From positions 1-52,115 of the forward strand of contig CAXTKZ010000003.1 in assembly GCA_964244985.1 (NCBI GenBank): a stretch of 52,115 nucleotides of DNA, read 5' to 3'. The position numbers and the translations under genes are program-made. Below the pieces are notes generated by a model, which was given only the letters and a program-made list of their open reading frames with translations, ran no database searches and was not told where the DNA came from. Of this stretch, positions 1-9,728 are shown piece by piece (position 1 is the first letter of the stretch; each line of letters begins with the position of its first letter). The stretch comes from an uncultured Acidobacteriaceae bacterium. Its GTDB lineage: Bacteria; Acidobacteriota; Terriglobia; Terriglobales; Acidobacteriaceae.

Positions 1-587
1 GAGGTTCCGTGCTCTTGGAAATACCTGGCCTGCGCTGCCGACTCCGCCCCCGGCTCGTCGGGCACATGGCCGGTTGCCCAAATCTGGCAGTGCGGGTGCG
101 GGTTGCTCGCGCCCATCATGGCCCCGCGGTTTTCAAAGATTTGCACGTAGCTGATTGCCGGATCGGCGCTCAGCTCCGCATCCTGCGCAACCCAGGCTTC
201 GACGACACGGTCCACATCCGCGCGCTCCATGCGGGCGAGGGTCAACGAGTGATCGGGGTGGAAACACAAAACCCGGCACCGGCCGTGCTCAGGCTCGCCG
301 CGCAGAAGGGGCGAAGCGGTGGGCATGGACTCGGGCGCGGTGGGCAGCAGTGCCGGGTAGTCGTTGGGGAACACATACACATGCTCATACGGCGGCGTGT
401 GCTCGCCGCCCGCGCGCGCGTTGCCAGGGCACAGGTAGCATTTGGGGTCATAGTGGAGATCGCTGAACGTGCCCGCGTCGCCCACCTCGCCCTGCCAGGG
501 GCGTTGCGTGCGCTGGGGCGACACAAGCACCCATTGGTCGCGGAGAGGGTTGTAGCGGCGATGCGGCGTCGATGTGGAATCGGGCAA
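1..587 (-). CDS. galT: Galactose-1-phosphate uridylyltransferase (3' end runs off the window)
   Basis: Not in the ORF track because it has no stop in the window. Manual minus-strand translation from TTG at 587 (SD GAAGGAG upstream) gives MPDSTSTPHRRYNPLRDQWVLVSPQRTQRPWQG...CYLCPGN...VFPNDYPAL...FENRGAMMGASNPHPHCQIW, with the GalT HPH nucleophile motif. Confidence 0.93.
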   Translation of the reverse strand, partial: MPDSTSTPHRRYNPLRDQWVLVSPQRTQRPWQGEVGDAGTFSDLHYDPKCYLCPGNARAGGEHTPPYEHVYVFPNDYPALLPTAPESMPTASPLLRGEPEHGRCRVLCFHPDHSLTLARMERADVDRVVEAWVAQDAELSADPAISYVQIFENRGAMMGASNPHPHCQIWATGHVPDEPGAESAAQARYFQEHGT

Positions 588-660
588 GGGAGCTCCTTCA
601 GCCGCGGCGCGATTGCGTACGCCGCGGGACCGCCTTATTCTAAGCGCTGAACGATCTTTT

Positions 661-1281
661 ATGCCGCTGCCCACCCTGCCCGCCATCGCGACCCTGCACG
701 ACTACGCCACACGGCTGTGGCACGAGAAGGACGCTGCGAGGCCGCCGGCGATGAACAGCTTCGAGTCCTCCGTGCTGGAGCAACATCGCGCCAACTACGA
801 GCTGTGGCACCTGGAAGACGCAGCGCGGGCCCCGGGTATCTACGACGCGAAGCTGGCGGAGTGTAAACGCGCCATCGACCGAGTGAACCAGCAGCGTAAC
901 GACCTGGCCGAGCGCTGCGATGCCCTTCTACTTGCCGCGCTTGCGCCGCACCGCCTGCCGCACCCTGAGGCAGAACTTCATTCAGAAAGCCCGGGGCTGA
1001 TGATCGACCGGTTGTCCATCCTGGCGTTGAAGCTGTTCCACACCCGCGAGGAGCTGGAGCGCACGGGCGGCCCCAACGGGCACAGTGAGCGCAACCGCCA
1101 TCGTTTGGCGGTGCTCGTGGAGCAGCGCGCCGATCTGCAGGCGGCGCTGGAGCGGCTGTGGCGGCGGGTGCTCTCGTCCGAGCGCAGTTTCAAAGTGTAT
1201 CGGCAGCTCAAGATGTACAACGATCCGAATCTGAACCCGGCAGTGTACGGTTTCACCCCGGATGAGTCGAAGGTAATTTGA
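661..1281 (+). CDS. DUF4254 domain-containing protein
   Basis: Motifs N-x2-LWHLED-x-AR, KRAIDRVNQQRND, SESPGLMIDRLSILALK and FKVYRQLKMYNDP are typical of DUF4254. ATG at 661 chosen because the longer start would overlap the galT start. Confidence 0.8.
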   Translation: MPLPTLPAIATLHDYATRLWHEKDAARPPAMNSFESSVLEQHRANYELWHLEDAARAPGIYDAKLAECKRAIDRVNQQRNDLAERCDALLLAALAPHRLPHPEAELHSESPGLMIDRLSILALKLFHTREELERTGGPNGHSERNRHRLAVLVEQRADLQAALERLWRRVLSSERSFKVYRQLKMYNDPNLNPAVYGFTPDESKVI

Positions 1282-1365
1282 CTCGCGCCCGCCGCCCCGG
1301 TATAAAACGAGGCAACCGCATCCCGAGTGAGGCAGCAATGGGGATTCGTAACCGCATGGAGAGAC

Positions 1366-1926
1366 ATGGCCGACCGCATGCCCAAGCCCAATGCCTCACC
1401 CAAAACGCTTGCCGCCAGGCTTCACCCTGTTCCCAACAACGTGCAGCGCGAAGCAATGACCACCTACGCCAATGCGGTGCAAGAGATGCAGAGCGGCAAT
1501 TTCCGCGAAGCGCTTGCCGGTTTTCACTCGCTGGATGGAAACACACCGCCGGAGGTACGCGAACGGGCTCGTGTGTATGAGCAGGCGTGCGAACGGCAGC
1601 TCAAGCGCTATGAGTCGCAGCTGGAGTTCCACACACCCGTGGAGCAGTACGACTACGCGATTGCGTGCGTAAACAACAGCGATCTTGAGGAAGCCCGGGA
1701 TCACCTGCAAGCCGTGATCGAGTTCGACGACACGCTGGACTACGCGCACTACGGCATGGCGGTGTTGCTCGGGATGACGGGACAGGCGGATGGGTGCCTT
1801 CATCATCTTGAGCGCGCGATTCTGCTGAATCCTTTCAACCGCACACAAGCGCGCAGCGACGCCGACTTCCGACCCATGGCCGATGACCCGCGTTTTACGG
1901 AGCTCCTGTATCCGGAAGCGATGTAA
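1366..1926 (+). CDS. TPR-repeat protein
   Basis: TPR-like helices (YDYAIAC..LEEARDHL; YAHYGMAVL..GCLHHLERAILLNP) and C-terminal ARSDADFRPMADDPRF; SD GGAG before ATG 1366. Confidence 0.75.
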   Translation: MADRMPKPNASPKTLAARLHPVPNNVQREAMTTYANAVQEMQSGNFREALAGFHSLDGNTPPEVRERARVYEQACERQLKRYESQLEFHTPVEQYDYAIACVNNSDLEEARDHLQAVIEFDDTLDYAHYGMAVLLGMTGQADGCLHHLERAILLNPFNRTQARSDADFRPMADDPRFTELLYPEAM

Positions 1927-1950
1927 ACGGCGTTTCAAAGCTGTGGGCGC

Positions 1951-3042
1951 ATGAGCCGTCCCGCACAACCCGATTCGGGGGAGCCGCCCCTGCGCGTGGT
2001 GGCCATGGGCGGGGGCACGGGGCTATCCACGCTCTTACGCGGGCTGAAGCGTTACACCGCGTCAGCTGTTCTGCCATCGTCTTCAAGCCTTATCGGCGAG
2101 CTCACGGCGGTGGTCACCGTGACCGACGACGGCGGCTCTTCCGGGCGCCTCCGCAAGGACTTCAACATGCTGCCGCCGGGCGACCTGCGCAACTGCATGG
2201 TCGCGCTTTCAGAAGATGAGCAATTGCTGTCACGGCTGTTCCGGCACCGTTTTCGTTCCGGCGGTGTGCTGGAGGGCCACGCTTTCGGCAACCTGTTTGT
2301 CGCTGCCCTGCAGGAGATGACGGGCGACTTCGCGCAGGCCATCAAGCTTGCCGCCGAGGTGCTCGCCACGCGCGGGCGCATCTTTCCGGCGACCAACGCT
2401 AACGTGACGCTGGTAGCCCGCATGGATACCGGCGAGCTGGTGCGCGGCGAAACCAATATCACCCGCAGCAAAGCGCGCATCACCGAGCTCATGCTCGAGT
2501 CGGCCGATCGAACGCCGTCACGGGAAACAGTCGAGCCCACCGAGGCCGCGCCCCTGCCCGAAACCCTCGCTGCCATCGCAGCAGCCGACCTGCTCACGCT
2601 GGGGCCGGGTTCCCTGTTCACCAGCGTTATTACAAATCTTCTGGTTGCGGGTATTCCGGGAGCACTCGCCGCCGCGCGCGGCACGCGGGTGTACATCTGT
2701 AACTTGATGACGCAGGGCAATGAAAGCCTGCACCTTACTGCTTCCGAGCACATTGAGCGCATGTACGAGCACGCTCGGGAGCCGTTTCTCGACTATGCCC
2801 TCGTGAACACAGCACCTGTATCCGCCGCCATCCGCCAACGCTACGCCGCTGAAGATGCAGAGGTAATCGCGGCGGATGTGGAGCGGATCGAGAAGATGGG
2901 CATTCGGTGCATTAGCGGCGCGTTTGCCGCCGAAGGCGACGTTCTGCGGCACGATGCGGACCTTATCGCGCGCACGGTGCTCAAACTGGCTTCGGCGGAT
3001 CGGGCAGCGCGGGCAGGTACACTAAGTGCTTCTTCCGCTTGA
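1951..3042 (+). CDS. yvcK: YvcK/GlmR (UPF0052, CofD-like) family protein
   Basis: VVAMGGGTGLS, VTVTDDGGSSGRLR, PPGDLRNC, GHAFGNL, GPGSLFTS, NLMTQ and RHD motifs. Confidence 0.9.
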   Translation: MSRPAQPDSGEPPLRVVAMGGGTGLSTLLRGLKRYTASAVLPSSSSLIGELTAVVTVTDDGGSSGRLRKDFNMLPPGDLRNCMVALSEDEQLLSRLFRHRFRSGGVLEGHAFGNLFVAALQEMTGDFAQAIKLAAEVLATRGRIFPATNANVTLVARMDTGELVRGETNITRSKARITELMLESADRTPSRETVEPTEAAPLPETLAAIAAADLLTLGPGSLFTSVITNLLVAGIPGALAAARGTRVYICNLMTQGNESLHLTASEHIERMYEHAREPFLDYALVNTAPVSAAIRQRYAAEDAEVIAADVERIEKMGIRCISGAFAAEGDVLRHDADLIARTVLKLASADRAARAGTLSASSA

Positions 3043-3062
3043 AAAGCACAGCAAAAAGTCGT

Positions 3063-3581
3063 CTACTGGTCCAGCTGCCGCCACACCCAATCCATATCGA
3101 GATACATGGGTGACTCGACAGCCCGCAGCTTTGTCGTCTTTGCAAGCTCCCAGGCGCCATTCTTCCAAATCTCAACCGTGCGCACGTCCTCATCGATGAG
3201 CCATACATTGCGCACACCCATGTTTTCAAGGTCGGCGGCCCGCCGTTTCAGGTCCTGGTAGGAGTCGGAAGGGAAAAGCACCTCAAGGGCGATGATAGGT
3301 GGTCGATTCAGCTCCGTTTTCCGCCGGTCCTGTGCGGCAACCACTACTACATCCGGTAGCCGAACACGCTCCGGGCTGACACGGGTTCGCGTTTCCACGG
3401 CACAACGAATGTTCCATTCTTGATAGTGGTCACTGAACCACTTAAAAATGAAACCTTGTGTTTCCTCATGTGCAAACCCGACCACAGGCTTCTGCTTCAG
3501 TTCCCCATCGATATACTCGACATCCGGGCGGTAGCTGGTTCGCAGATACTCCTCGATGGACACCCTCCCTGCTGTCGCCAT
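3063..3581 (-). CDS. Uma2 family putative endonuclease
   Basis: VSIEEYLRTSYRPDVEYIDGEL, H-x3-Q, VRLPDVVVV, IALEVLFPSD and GVRNVWLID motifs. Confidence 0.85.
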   Translation of the reverse strand: MATAGRVSIEEYLRTSYRPDVEYIDGELKQKPVVGFAHEETQGFIFKWFSDHYQEWNIRCAVETRTRVSPERVRLPDVVVVAAQDRRKTELNRPPIIALEVLFPSDSYQDLKRRAADLENMGVRNVWLIDEDVRTVEIWKNGAWELAKTTKLRAVESPMYLDMDWVWRQLDQ

Positions 3582-3608
3582 GGTTCACCTCGCACCCTCA
3601 GTCTAAGT

Positions 3609-6365
3609 CTACAAATCCCGCCAGTTTTCGCCCAATTCCGCTTCCGCCACAATCGGCACGCTCAACTCGATCACATGCTCCATTTCGTGTTTCACGAGCG
3701 CCCGCACCTGTTCGGCTTCCCCTTCCGGCACATCGAACAGCAGCTCGTCGTGCACCTGCAGGGTCATTTGCGTTTGGAGGTTCTCCGCGGCCAGCCGCCG
3801 GTCGATGCGGATCATCGCGATCTTGATCAGGTCCGCCGCCGTGCCTTGGAGAGGCGTGTTGACGGCGGTGCGCTCGGCAAAGCCGCGCAGGTTCGCGTTG
3901 CGGCTTTGGATATCCGGGATAGGCCGCGAGCGCCCAAACAGCGTGCGCACCTGCTGCGTGGCGCGCGTTTCTTCAAGCGTCTGGTCGATAAACGCGCGCA
4001 CCCCCGCGTAGCGCTCAAAGTAGCGATCGATGTAGGTGCGGGCTTCTTTCTGGTCGATCCCAAGATTCGCCGCAAGCCCGAACGGTGAAATGCCGTACAC
4101 AATTCCGAAGTTGACGGCCTTGGCACGGTTGCGGGTCGTTTTGTCGATCTCCTCCGCGGGCACGCCGAACACCTCGCTCGCGGTCAGCGTGTGGATGTCG
4201 ATGTCGTTGCGGTACGCGTGCAGCAGCAACGGATCCTGCGAGAAATGCGCCATCAGCCGCAGCTCAATCTGCGAGTAGTCGGCGGACAGCAGCAGCCGTC
4301 CCGGCGCGGCGATGAATGCCGCGCGAATCTCGCGCCCCAGCTCGGTTTTAATCGGGATGTTCTGCAGGTTCGGGTTGGTGGACGAAAGCCTTCCCGTCGC
4401 CGTGCCCACCTGGTTGAACGTTGTGTGTACACGCCCCCCGGCATCGGCGAGCAGCGGCAGCGAGTCCACATAGTTGGATTTGAGCTTGGCCAGGTGGCGG
4501 TATTCCAGCACCATGCGCGGCACCGCGTTGTGCTCGGCCAGCTCTTCCAGCACATCCTGCGCGGTTGAAACCACTTTCCCCTTGCCGTACTTGAGCGGCT
4601 TGGGCAGGTCCATTTTGTTAAACAGCACATCGCCCAACTGCTTGGGCGAGTTGATGTTGAACCGGTGGCCGGACGCCGCGTAAATCTCCTCGCCCACCCG
4701 CGTCATTTCGCTCGTCAGCCGCCGGTCGAGCTCGCGCAGGGCGCTGAGGTTCACGCGCGCGCCGGCCTGCTCCATGCGCAGCAGCACGGGCACCAGCGGG
4801 CGGTCGATCGTCGCATACACTTCTTTTAAATTCGCCCGTTCCACGTCGTCCCGCAGGCGCGGTGCGAGGGTATGGATGGCGTGAGCGGCCTCGGGCAGCG
4901 CATTCGCCCCCTCCTGCAGCGGACAGTTGCTGAAGCGGGCCGCGACATCGGCGAGTCGGTGCGTGGTGTGGGTGGGGTTGACCAGATAGGAAAGCAGCAT
5001 CAGGTCGTCGTGCGCGCCGCGCAGCGTGATGCCGTGGCCCCCAAGCGTTCGGAGAGCGCCTTTCAGATCGTGGGTCTGCTTGGGGACGCCCTCGTCCTCC
5101 AGCAGCGTGCGCACCTCCTCGAGGTCTACCCGCAGCCCCAGCTCGGGAGAAGCAGCAACGCCGATTTTGGCGCGCTGCTCGGGCCTGGCTGCAATTTCAG
5201 GTTCAGGCTCGGGCGCGTCGAAGCTGAGGGTCAGGTTGCGCAGCCCCGGCTCCCGTTCTTCGGCTTTTTCCCCTTCCGCTTCGCTCACCTGCTCGGCGGC
5301 CTCGACCAGTGGGCTCATTTCCACCGAAAAAGCAAATCCAGCTCGCGCCGTTTGCAAAAACGCGGCAACCTGCACGGGTGTGGGATCGAGCAGGTACTCG
5401 ACCGGCGTCGCCGGCGCTTCCGGGGCAAGCTCCTTCAGCAGCGTCGTGAATTCAAGCTCCCCAAACAGCGCGCGGCAGGCTTCGAGATCGGGTGCGGTCG
5501 TGCGCATCCGGTCCAGCTCCAAGTCGACCGGCACCTCCGTGTGGATGGTCACAAGCTCCTTCGACAACAGCACCGCGTCGCGGTTGTTTTGGAGCGATTC
5601 GCGCTGCCGCTTGCCCTTGATTTCGCCCGCGCGGTCCAACGCCGCTTCCACTGTGCCGAACTGCTGAATCAGCTCGACCGAACCCTTGTCGCCGATGCCC
5701 GGCGCACCGGGAATGTTATCGACAGAGTCACCCCGGAGCGCCATCACATCGATCACCCGTTCCGGCGGCACGCCCAGCGTTTCCTCCACCTTCGCGCGAT
5801 CCAGAATCAGGTTCTCTTTCATCGGGTTCAGCACTTTCACGTGATCGTTGACCAGCTGCATCATGTCCTTATCGGGCGAAACGATAAAGACAGGGTGCTG
5901 GTCCGCCGCGGCTTTCGCGCCGAGCGTTCCGATGACATCGTCCGCCTCAAAGCCGTCATACTGCACTATCGGGATGTGAAACGCCTCAAGCGCGCGCCGG
6001 ATGTACGGCAGCTGCTGCGCGAGGTCGGGCGGCATGGCTTCGCGGTTGGCCTTGTACCCGCCGTAGTCCACCTCATCGAATTGCTGCGTTTTGATGTTCC
6101 ACTTGCGCACGGTTTTCATCGTGCTCGCGCGCTCGTCGCGAAACACGGGCGAGCTTGTGTCGAACACAGCCGCGAAGTATTCAGGCGAAAAATCCCGTCG
6201 CAGCTTGTTGATCATGTTGACAAAAACATAAACAGCCGCCGTGGGCACGCCCGTGCGCGTGGACATAGGCCGCTGCCGCTGCATGACGTGGTACGCGCGG
6301 AAAATGAACGACATGGTGTCGAGCAGAAAGATGGGCGGCTTGGGTGTTTTCTTGGGCGTGCTCAC
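3609..6365 (-). CDS. polA: DNA polymerase I
   Basis: 5' nuclease motifs (FRAYH, YKANR, EADDVIGTL, DNIPGAPGIGDK) and polymerase motifs (TATGRLSSTNPNLQNIP, ADYSQIELR, AKAVNFGIVYG, QVHDELLF). Confidence 0.98.
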   Translation of the reverse strand: MSTPKKTPKPPIFLLDTMSFIFRAYHVMQRQRPMSTRTGVPTAAVYVFVNMINKLRRDFSPEYFAAVFDTSSPVFRDERASTMKTVRKWNIKTQQFDEVDYGGYKANREAMPPDLAQQLPYIRRALEAFHIPIVQYDGFEADDVIGTLGAKAAADQHPVFIVSPDKDMMQLVNDHVKVLNPMKENLILDRAKVEETLGVPPERVIDVMALRGDSVDNIPGAPGIGDKGSVELIQQFGTVEAALDRAGEIKGKRQRESLQNNRDAVLLSKELVTIHTEVPVDLELDRMRTTAPDLEACRALFGELEFTTLLKELAPEAPATPVEYLLDPTPVQVAAFLQTARAGFAFSVEMSPLVEAAEQVSEAEGEKAEEREPGLRNLTLSFDAPEPEPEIAARPEQRAKIGVAASPELGLRVDLEEVRTLLEDEGVPKQTHDLKGALRTLGGHGITLRGAHDDLMLLSYLVNPTHTTHRLADVAARFSNCPLQEGANALPEAAHAIHTLAPRLRDDVERANLKEVYATIDRPLVPVLLRMEQAGARVNLSALRELDRRLTSEMTRVGEEIYAASGHRFNINSPKQLGDVLFNKMDLPKPLKYGKGKVVSTAQDVLEELAEHNAVPRMVLEYRHLAKLKSNYVDSLPLLADAGGRVHTTFNQVGTATGRLSSTNPNLQNIPIKTELGREIRAAFIAAPGRLLLSADYSQIELRLMAHFSQDPLLLHAYRNDIDIHTLTASEVFGVPAEEIDKTTRNRAKAVNFGIVYGISPFGLAANLGIDQKEARTYIDRYFERYAGVRAFIDQTLEETRATQQVRTLFGRSRPIPDIQSRNANLRGFAERTAVNTPLQGTAADLIKIAMIRIDRRLAAENLQTQMTLQVHDELLFDVPEGEAEQVRALVKHEMEHVIELSVPIVAEAELGENWRDL

Positions 6366-6389
6366 GGCCCAAGTTTACCGCCGGGCTCG

Positions 6390-7469
6390 TCAGGAGAGGA
6401 ACATGCAATCGCCATAGGAGAAAAACCGATACTGCTCCCCAACGGCGTGCTCATACGCCCGGCGCACCGCCTGGACGCCTCCCAACGCGGAAACCAGCAT
6501 CAACAGGGTGCTTTGCGGTAGATGAAAGTTGGTAAGCAAGCCGCCCACGACGCGGAACGGGAAACCCGGCGAGATGAAAATGTTCGTCGCACCGGAATGC
6601 GGCGTGAGTGGGCCGGCAAGCGCGCAGTGCTCCAGGGTGCGAACCGTGGTCGTACCCGCTGCGATTACCCGGCGGCCCTCGGCAAGCGCCCGATTGACCG
6701 CATCGGCAGTGGCGGGGGGCAGAGTGTACCGCTCGGTGTGCAGCCGAATTTCGTCCACCCGTTCCACGCGCACCGGCTGGAATGTCCCCAGCCCGACATG
6801 CAGCGTGAGATAGGCGATCTCTACACCCCGCGCTCGGATCGCCTCCAGCACCGAGGAGGTAAAGTGCAGCCCCGCAGTGGGTGCCGCGACCGAGCCACGC
6901 TCCGCGGCATAAACGGTCTGGTAGCGCTCCCAGTCCCGCGGGGTGCTGACGCTTCCCTCACGATGGATATAGGGCGGCAAAGGCATTTGACCCAGTGCTT
7001 CCAAAGCACCGTGAAAATCGGGAGAAGGCGCAAATCGGATGGTGCGCTTGCCGAACTCATCATGCGCCGTTACCTCGGCTTCAAGCAGCGCCGGGCCTTC
7101 CGGCGGAAACAGCAGCCTCTCTCCCAACGACACCTTGCGCCCGGGCCGAACAAGCGCGTGCCACTCTCCGGGGGCCAGCTCCTCGGTCAGCAGCACCTCA
7201 ATCCGCGCCGGCGCTTGCCCTTGCTGCGCTTTGGCCCGCGGGCGGCGGGCAAACAAGCGCGCGGGCAGCACACGGGTGTTGTTCAGCACGAGCAGGTCGC
7301 CTGGCATAAGCAGCCCCGGTAAATCGGTAAACCGCTTGTCCGCGAGCGCGCCGGTCACCCGGTCCAGCGTCAACATCCGCGCCCCCCCGCGCTCTGGAGG
7401 GGGCTCCTGTGCGATCAACTTGGGCGGCAGATCGAAATGGTAGTCGCGGACCAGTTCGGGTGCTGTCAT
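6390..7469 (-). CDS. queA: S-adenosylmethionine:tRNA ribosyltransferase-isomerase
   Basis: [63 protein letters not shown] and YRFFSYGD. Confidence 0.98.
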   Translation of the reverse strand: MTAPELVRDYHFDLPPKLIAQEPPPERGGARMLTLDRVTGALADKRFTDLPGLLMPGDLLVLNNTRVLPARLFARRPRAKAQQGQAPARIEVLLTEELAPGEWHALVRPGRKVSLGERLLFPPEGPALLEAEVTAHDEFGKRTIRFAPSPDFHGALEALGQMPLPPYIHREGSVSTPRDWERYQTVYAAERGSVAAPTAGLHFTSSVLEAIRARGVEIAYLTLHVGLGTFQPVRVERVDEIRLHTERYTLPPATADAVNRALAEGRRVIAAGTTTVRTLEHCALAGPLTPHSGATNIFISPGFPFRVVGGLLTNFHLPQSTLLMLVSALGGVQAVRRAYEHAVGEQYRFFSYGDCMFLS

Positions 7470-7942
7470 GGTGCTGCTTCGGGCTGCACGGAGAAGAGCA
7501 GTTCGGAAGACGGGGTGTCCGCTCCAACCCCTTCGGCGACAGCAGCCGCTGGTGCAAGGGTGCCGGATTCCGCCTCGACAAACACACCAGCTTGCGCTTT
7601 CTCGGGTTCCCTGCTGGGCATGGGCGCTTCAGCGGCTTCCATCTCCACGCGCCGCAGGGCCACCCGCTCATTGAACAGCGCGAGTATGTGCCCATGCCGC
7701 GCCCGCTCCGCTTCCGACGGCAGCCGGCTGGCTTTGGCGCGGTTGCAGCCGAAGCATGCAAGCACCGTGTTGGTCCAGTCCGCGGCCCCGCCATGGCTGA
7801 TCGGCAGCACATGGTCCTTGGTCGCGTAGTGCTTGGCATGGATATGCACGGGGTCGGCGGTTATTGGCGTCCAGCAATAAAAACACAAGCCGCCCTGCAC
7901 GGCGAACATCAGCTTCTTCAAGTCCCACATGCCTTTGCTCAT
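7466..7942 (-). CDS. HNH endonuclease
   Basis: CFYC...[12 protein letters not shown]...[16 protein letters not shown] at 7942 overlaps the upstream stop (ATGA), and its own stop overlaps the queA start (ATGA). Confidence 0.85.
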   Translation of the reverse strand: MSKGMWDLKKLMFAVQGGLCFYCWTPITADPVHIHAKHYATKDHVLPISHGGAADWTNTVLACFGCNRAKASRLPSEAERARHGHILALFNERVALRRVEMEAAEAPMPSREPEKAQAGVFVEAESGTLAPAAAVAEGVGADTPSSELLFSVQPEAAP

Positions 7943-8634
7943 GGGCTTCCCCCAAACCATGCCATTGCCTGCGCGCGTGCCCGGTTGAGCGCTTCGTCCA
8001 GCGCCTGACGGGTCGCTTCCAACTCTTCCACCGAGGCGCGCGCGCTCGGCGCGGGTACGCTGCGAGCCCAGCTTACCGCGACGCGGGTCCCCGGTTTTGG
8101 AATTTCGAAGCGATCCCATGACTTAAGTTTCCACGAGCGCTCAGGATAAAGGTGAAAGCAGCCGATCGGCTGCCCTGTCCGCTGGGCCAGCTTGACCGGA
8201 CCCATTTTGCTTTGGAACGCGGGCCCGCGCGGCCCATCGGCGGTGAAGATGGCGAGACCGCCCCGGTCGACCTCCTGCCGCAGGGCCAGCAGCCCCGCGA
8301 CGGCCCCGCGCGAACTCGACCCCCGCACGCTGCGGAATCCCAGCCGCCCGAGGGTGCGCGCAATCAGCTCGCCGTCAAACGATCGGCTGATCAGGATGCA
8401 TGCGTTATAGCGACGAAAATACCACCCCGCCGCGAACGTACAGCCATGCCAGAAGCAGTAGATACCCCGCGCGGGCCAGGGCGCGGGTTGGGCGCCGTCT
8501 TCCGCGATCACCACGAACCGCAGCGTACTGCCGATGGCAGCAATGCAAACGGCGGCGAGACGCGAAATCAAGAAGGCCGCCACACGTTGTCGCGCGGACA
8601 AGTGCCCCGGGCCGGCTTGTGGAATTGCGCTCAC
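7939..8634 (-). CDS. DUF374 / lysophospholipid acyltransferase-like protein
   Basis: IYCFWHG, LISRSFDGELIA, VRGSSSRGA, TADGPRGP and SWDRFEIPKP. GTG at 8634 preferred because TACAAT lies 7 nt upstream; the ORF track starts it at 8685. Confidence 0.85.
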   Translation of the reverse strand: MSAIPQAGPGHLSARQRVAAFLISRLAAVCIAAIGSTLRFVVIAEDGAQPAPWPARGIYCFWHGCTFAAGWYFRRYNACILISRSFDGELIARTLGRLGFRSVRGSSSRGAVAGLLALRQEVDRGGLAIFTADGPRGPAFQSKMGPVKLAQRTGQPIGCFHLYPERSWKLKSWDRFEIPKPGTRVAVSWARSVPAPSARASVEELEATRQALDEALNRARAQAMAWFGGSP

Positions 8635-8800
8635 GCCCTTGATTGTAGGCATACGCCCCGTCGGAAGAGCGGTTGAGACCGGCACGATGCTCGCCTGAGA
8701 ACAACCATCCGTGAGTACGCGTCAGCATAAAGCGACCTACAGGGAATCTAATCTGCGGCAAAGACCGGGGCGGCGAACGTACAACGGGTGTAGCAGCCCC

Positions 8801-9424
8801 TCAACGCCGCCCCGTAACTGCAATCAGCGGATCGCTGCCGGAACCGTCCCGCAGCACATCTGCGCTGATGTCGTGAAAGCCGGCGCGCTGCAAATAGAGA
8901 CGCACCAAGGCGGCATGTCCATGTGCGTCAAGCGACCGCCAGATCGCCACCGCCTTGGTCGGAAAGCAGCGGTTGGAGAAGCTGACGATAAAAGGAGCGC
9001 CCGACCGCAGAACCCGCAGAACCTCAGCGAAAACCTCGACAGGACATTGCAGGTACTGGACGCCGACACAGCACAAGGCGGCATCGCAGCTGTCAGCCTC
9101 CAGCGGCAGGATGGAAATGCGGTTCAGGTCTTGCACGAAGCTGCGGCTCAGCCGGGGGTTGGCCCTGAGCTCCTCGGCATTCATCCCCTGACCGATCACC
9201 TCGGTGAAAGCCATCTCTGGCGGCAGATGGCTTACCCAGCTCGACATGAGATCCAGCAGCACACCCCCAGCCGGGAGAGTGGCGCGGTAGTAGGCGGTGA
9301 GCGCGCGTGTTGCTGCTTCGTCGATGTGGGTGACGAAGCGAGCAGGTGCGTAGAAGTCAGCGTCATCGCCGCCGTCCTCCTTGCGGAAGGCTTCAAGCGG
9401 CAGCTCAGGCAGGCGGTCGCTCAT
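8801..9424 (-). CDS. Class I SAM-dependent methyltransferase (type 11-like)
   Basis: DADFYAPARFVTHIDE, LDLMSSWVSHLP, GMNAEELRANPRL, VQDLN and SFSNRCFPTKA. Confidence 0.85.
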   Translation of the reverse strand: MSDRLPELPLEAFRKEDGGDDADFYAPARFVTHIDEAATRALTAYYRATLPAGGVLLDLMSSWVSHLPPEMAFTEVIGQGMNAEELRANPRLSRSFVQDLNRISILPLEADSCDAALCCVGVQYLQCPVEVFAEVLRVLRSGAPFIVSFSNRCFPTKAVAIWRSLDAHGHAALVRLYLQRAGFHDISADVLRDGSGSDPLIAVTGRR

Positions 9425-9728
9425 CTCTGCCACGGATGTTTGTCGATTACCATGGATTTCACCCTCTTTCTGATGCGCGGGAGGAAATGTTTTGAGAAAC
9501 GCCCTTGCGTGGAAGCAACGGGGTCGTTCTCGGACACAGGATGACTTTCAAGAGCTTCAACAGTGGGCGTGAGCACTCGCGGCTTTTCACTCATTGAGAT
9601 TCAGGTTTGCCACTGCGCCACGAGACGAATCCACCTTACCCTGAAACTGTGAACCGCTCTCGCGGTCGCATACCCGTTCAAAGAAAAGCAGCCCCTCGCC
9701 TGTCGAGGCAGAACTGCAGAGGTGCCTT

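Noticed and set aside
9-650. 213-aa plus-strand ORF
   Set aside because: Antisense shadow of galT, which has clear catalytic motifs on the minus strand.
3063-3581. Uma2 gene as a defence system
   Set aside because: A solitary member of a commonly multi-copy family with no partner genes, and it has a non-canonical EVLFP motif.
4872-6521. Long antisense ORFs (549 aa here; also 11698-12792, 31774-33057, 36297-37808)
   Set aside because: They lie opposite polA, recG, tkt and GH15, have no recognisable motifs, and are expected in high-GC coding DNA.
7943-8119. N-terminal extension of the HNH ORF given in the track
   Set aside because: It overlaps the DUF374 gene by about 180 bp; the ATGA-coupled start at 7942 is more plausible.
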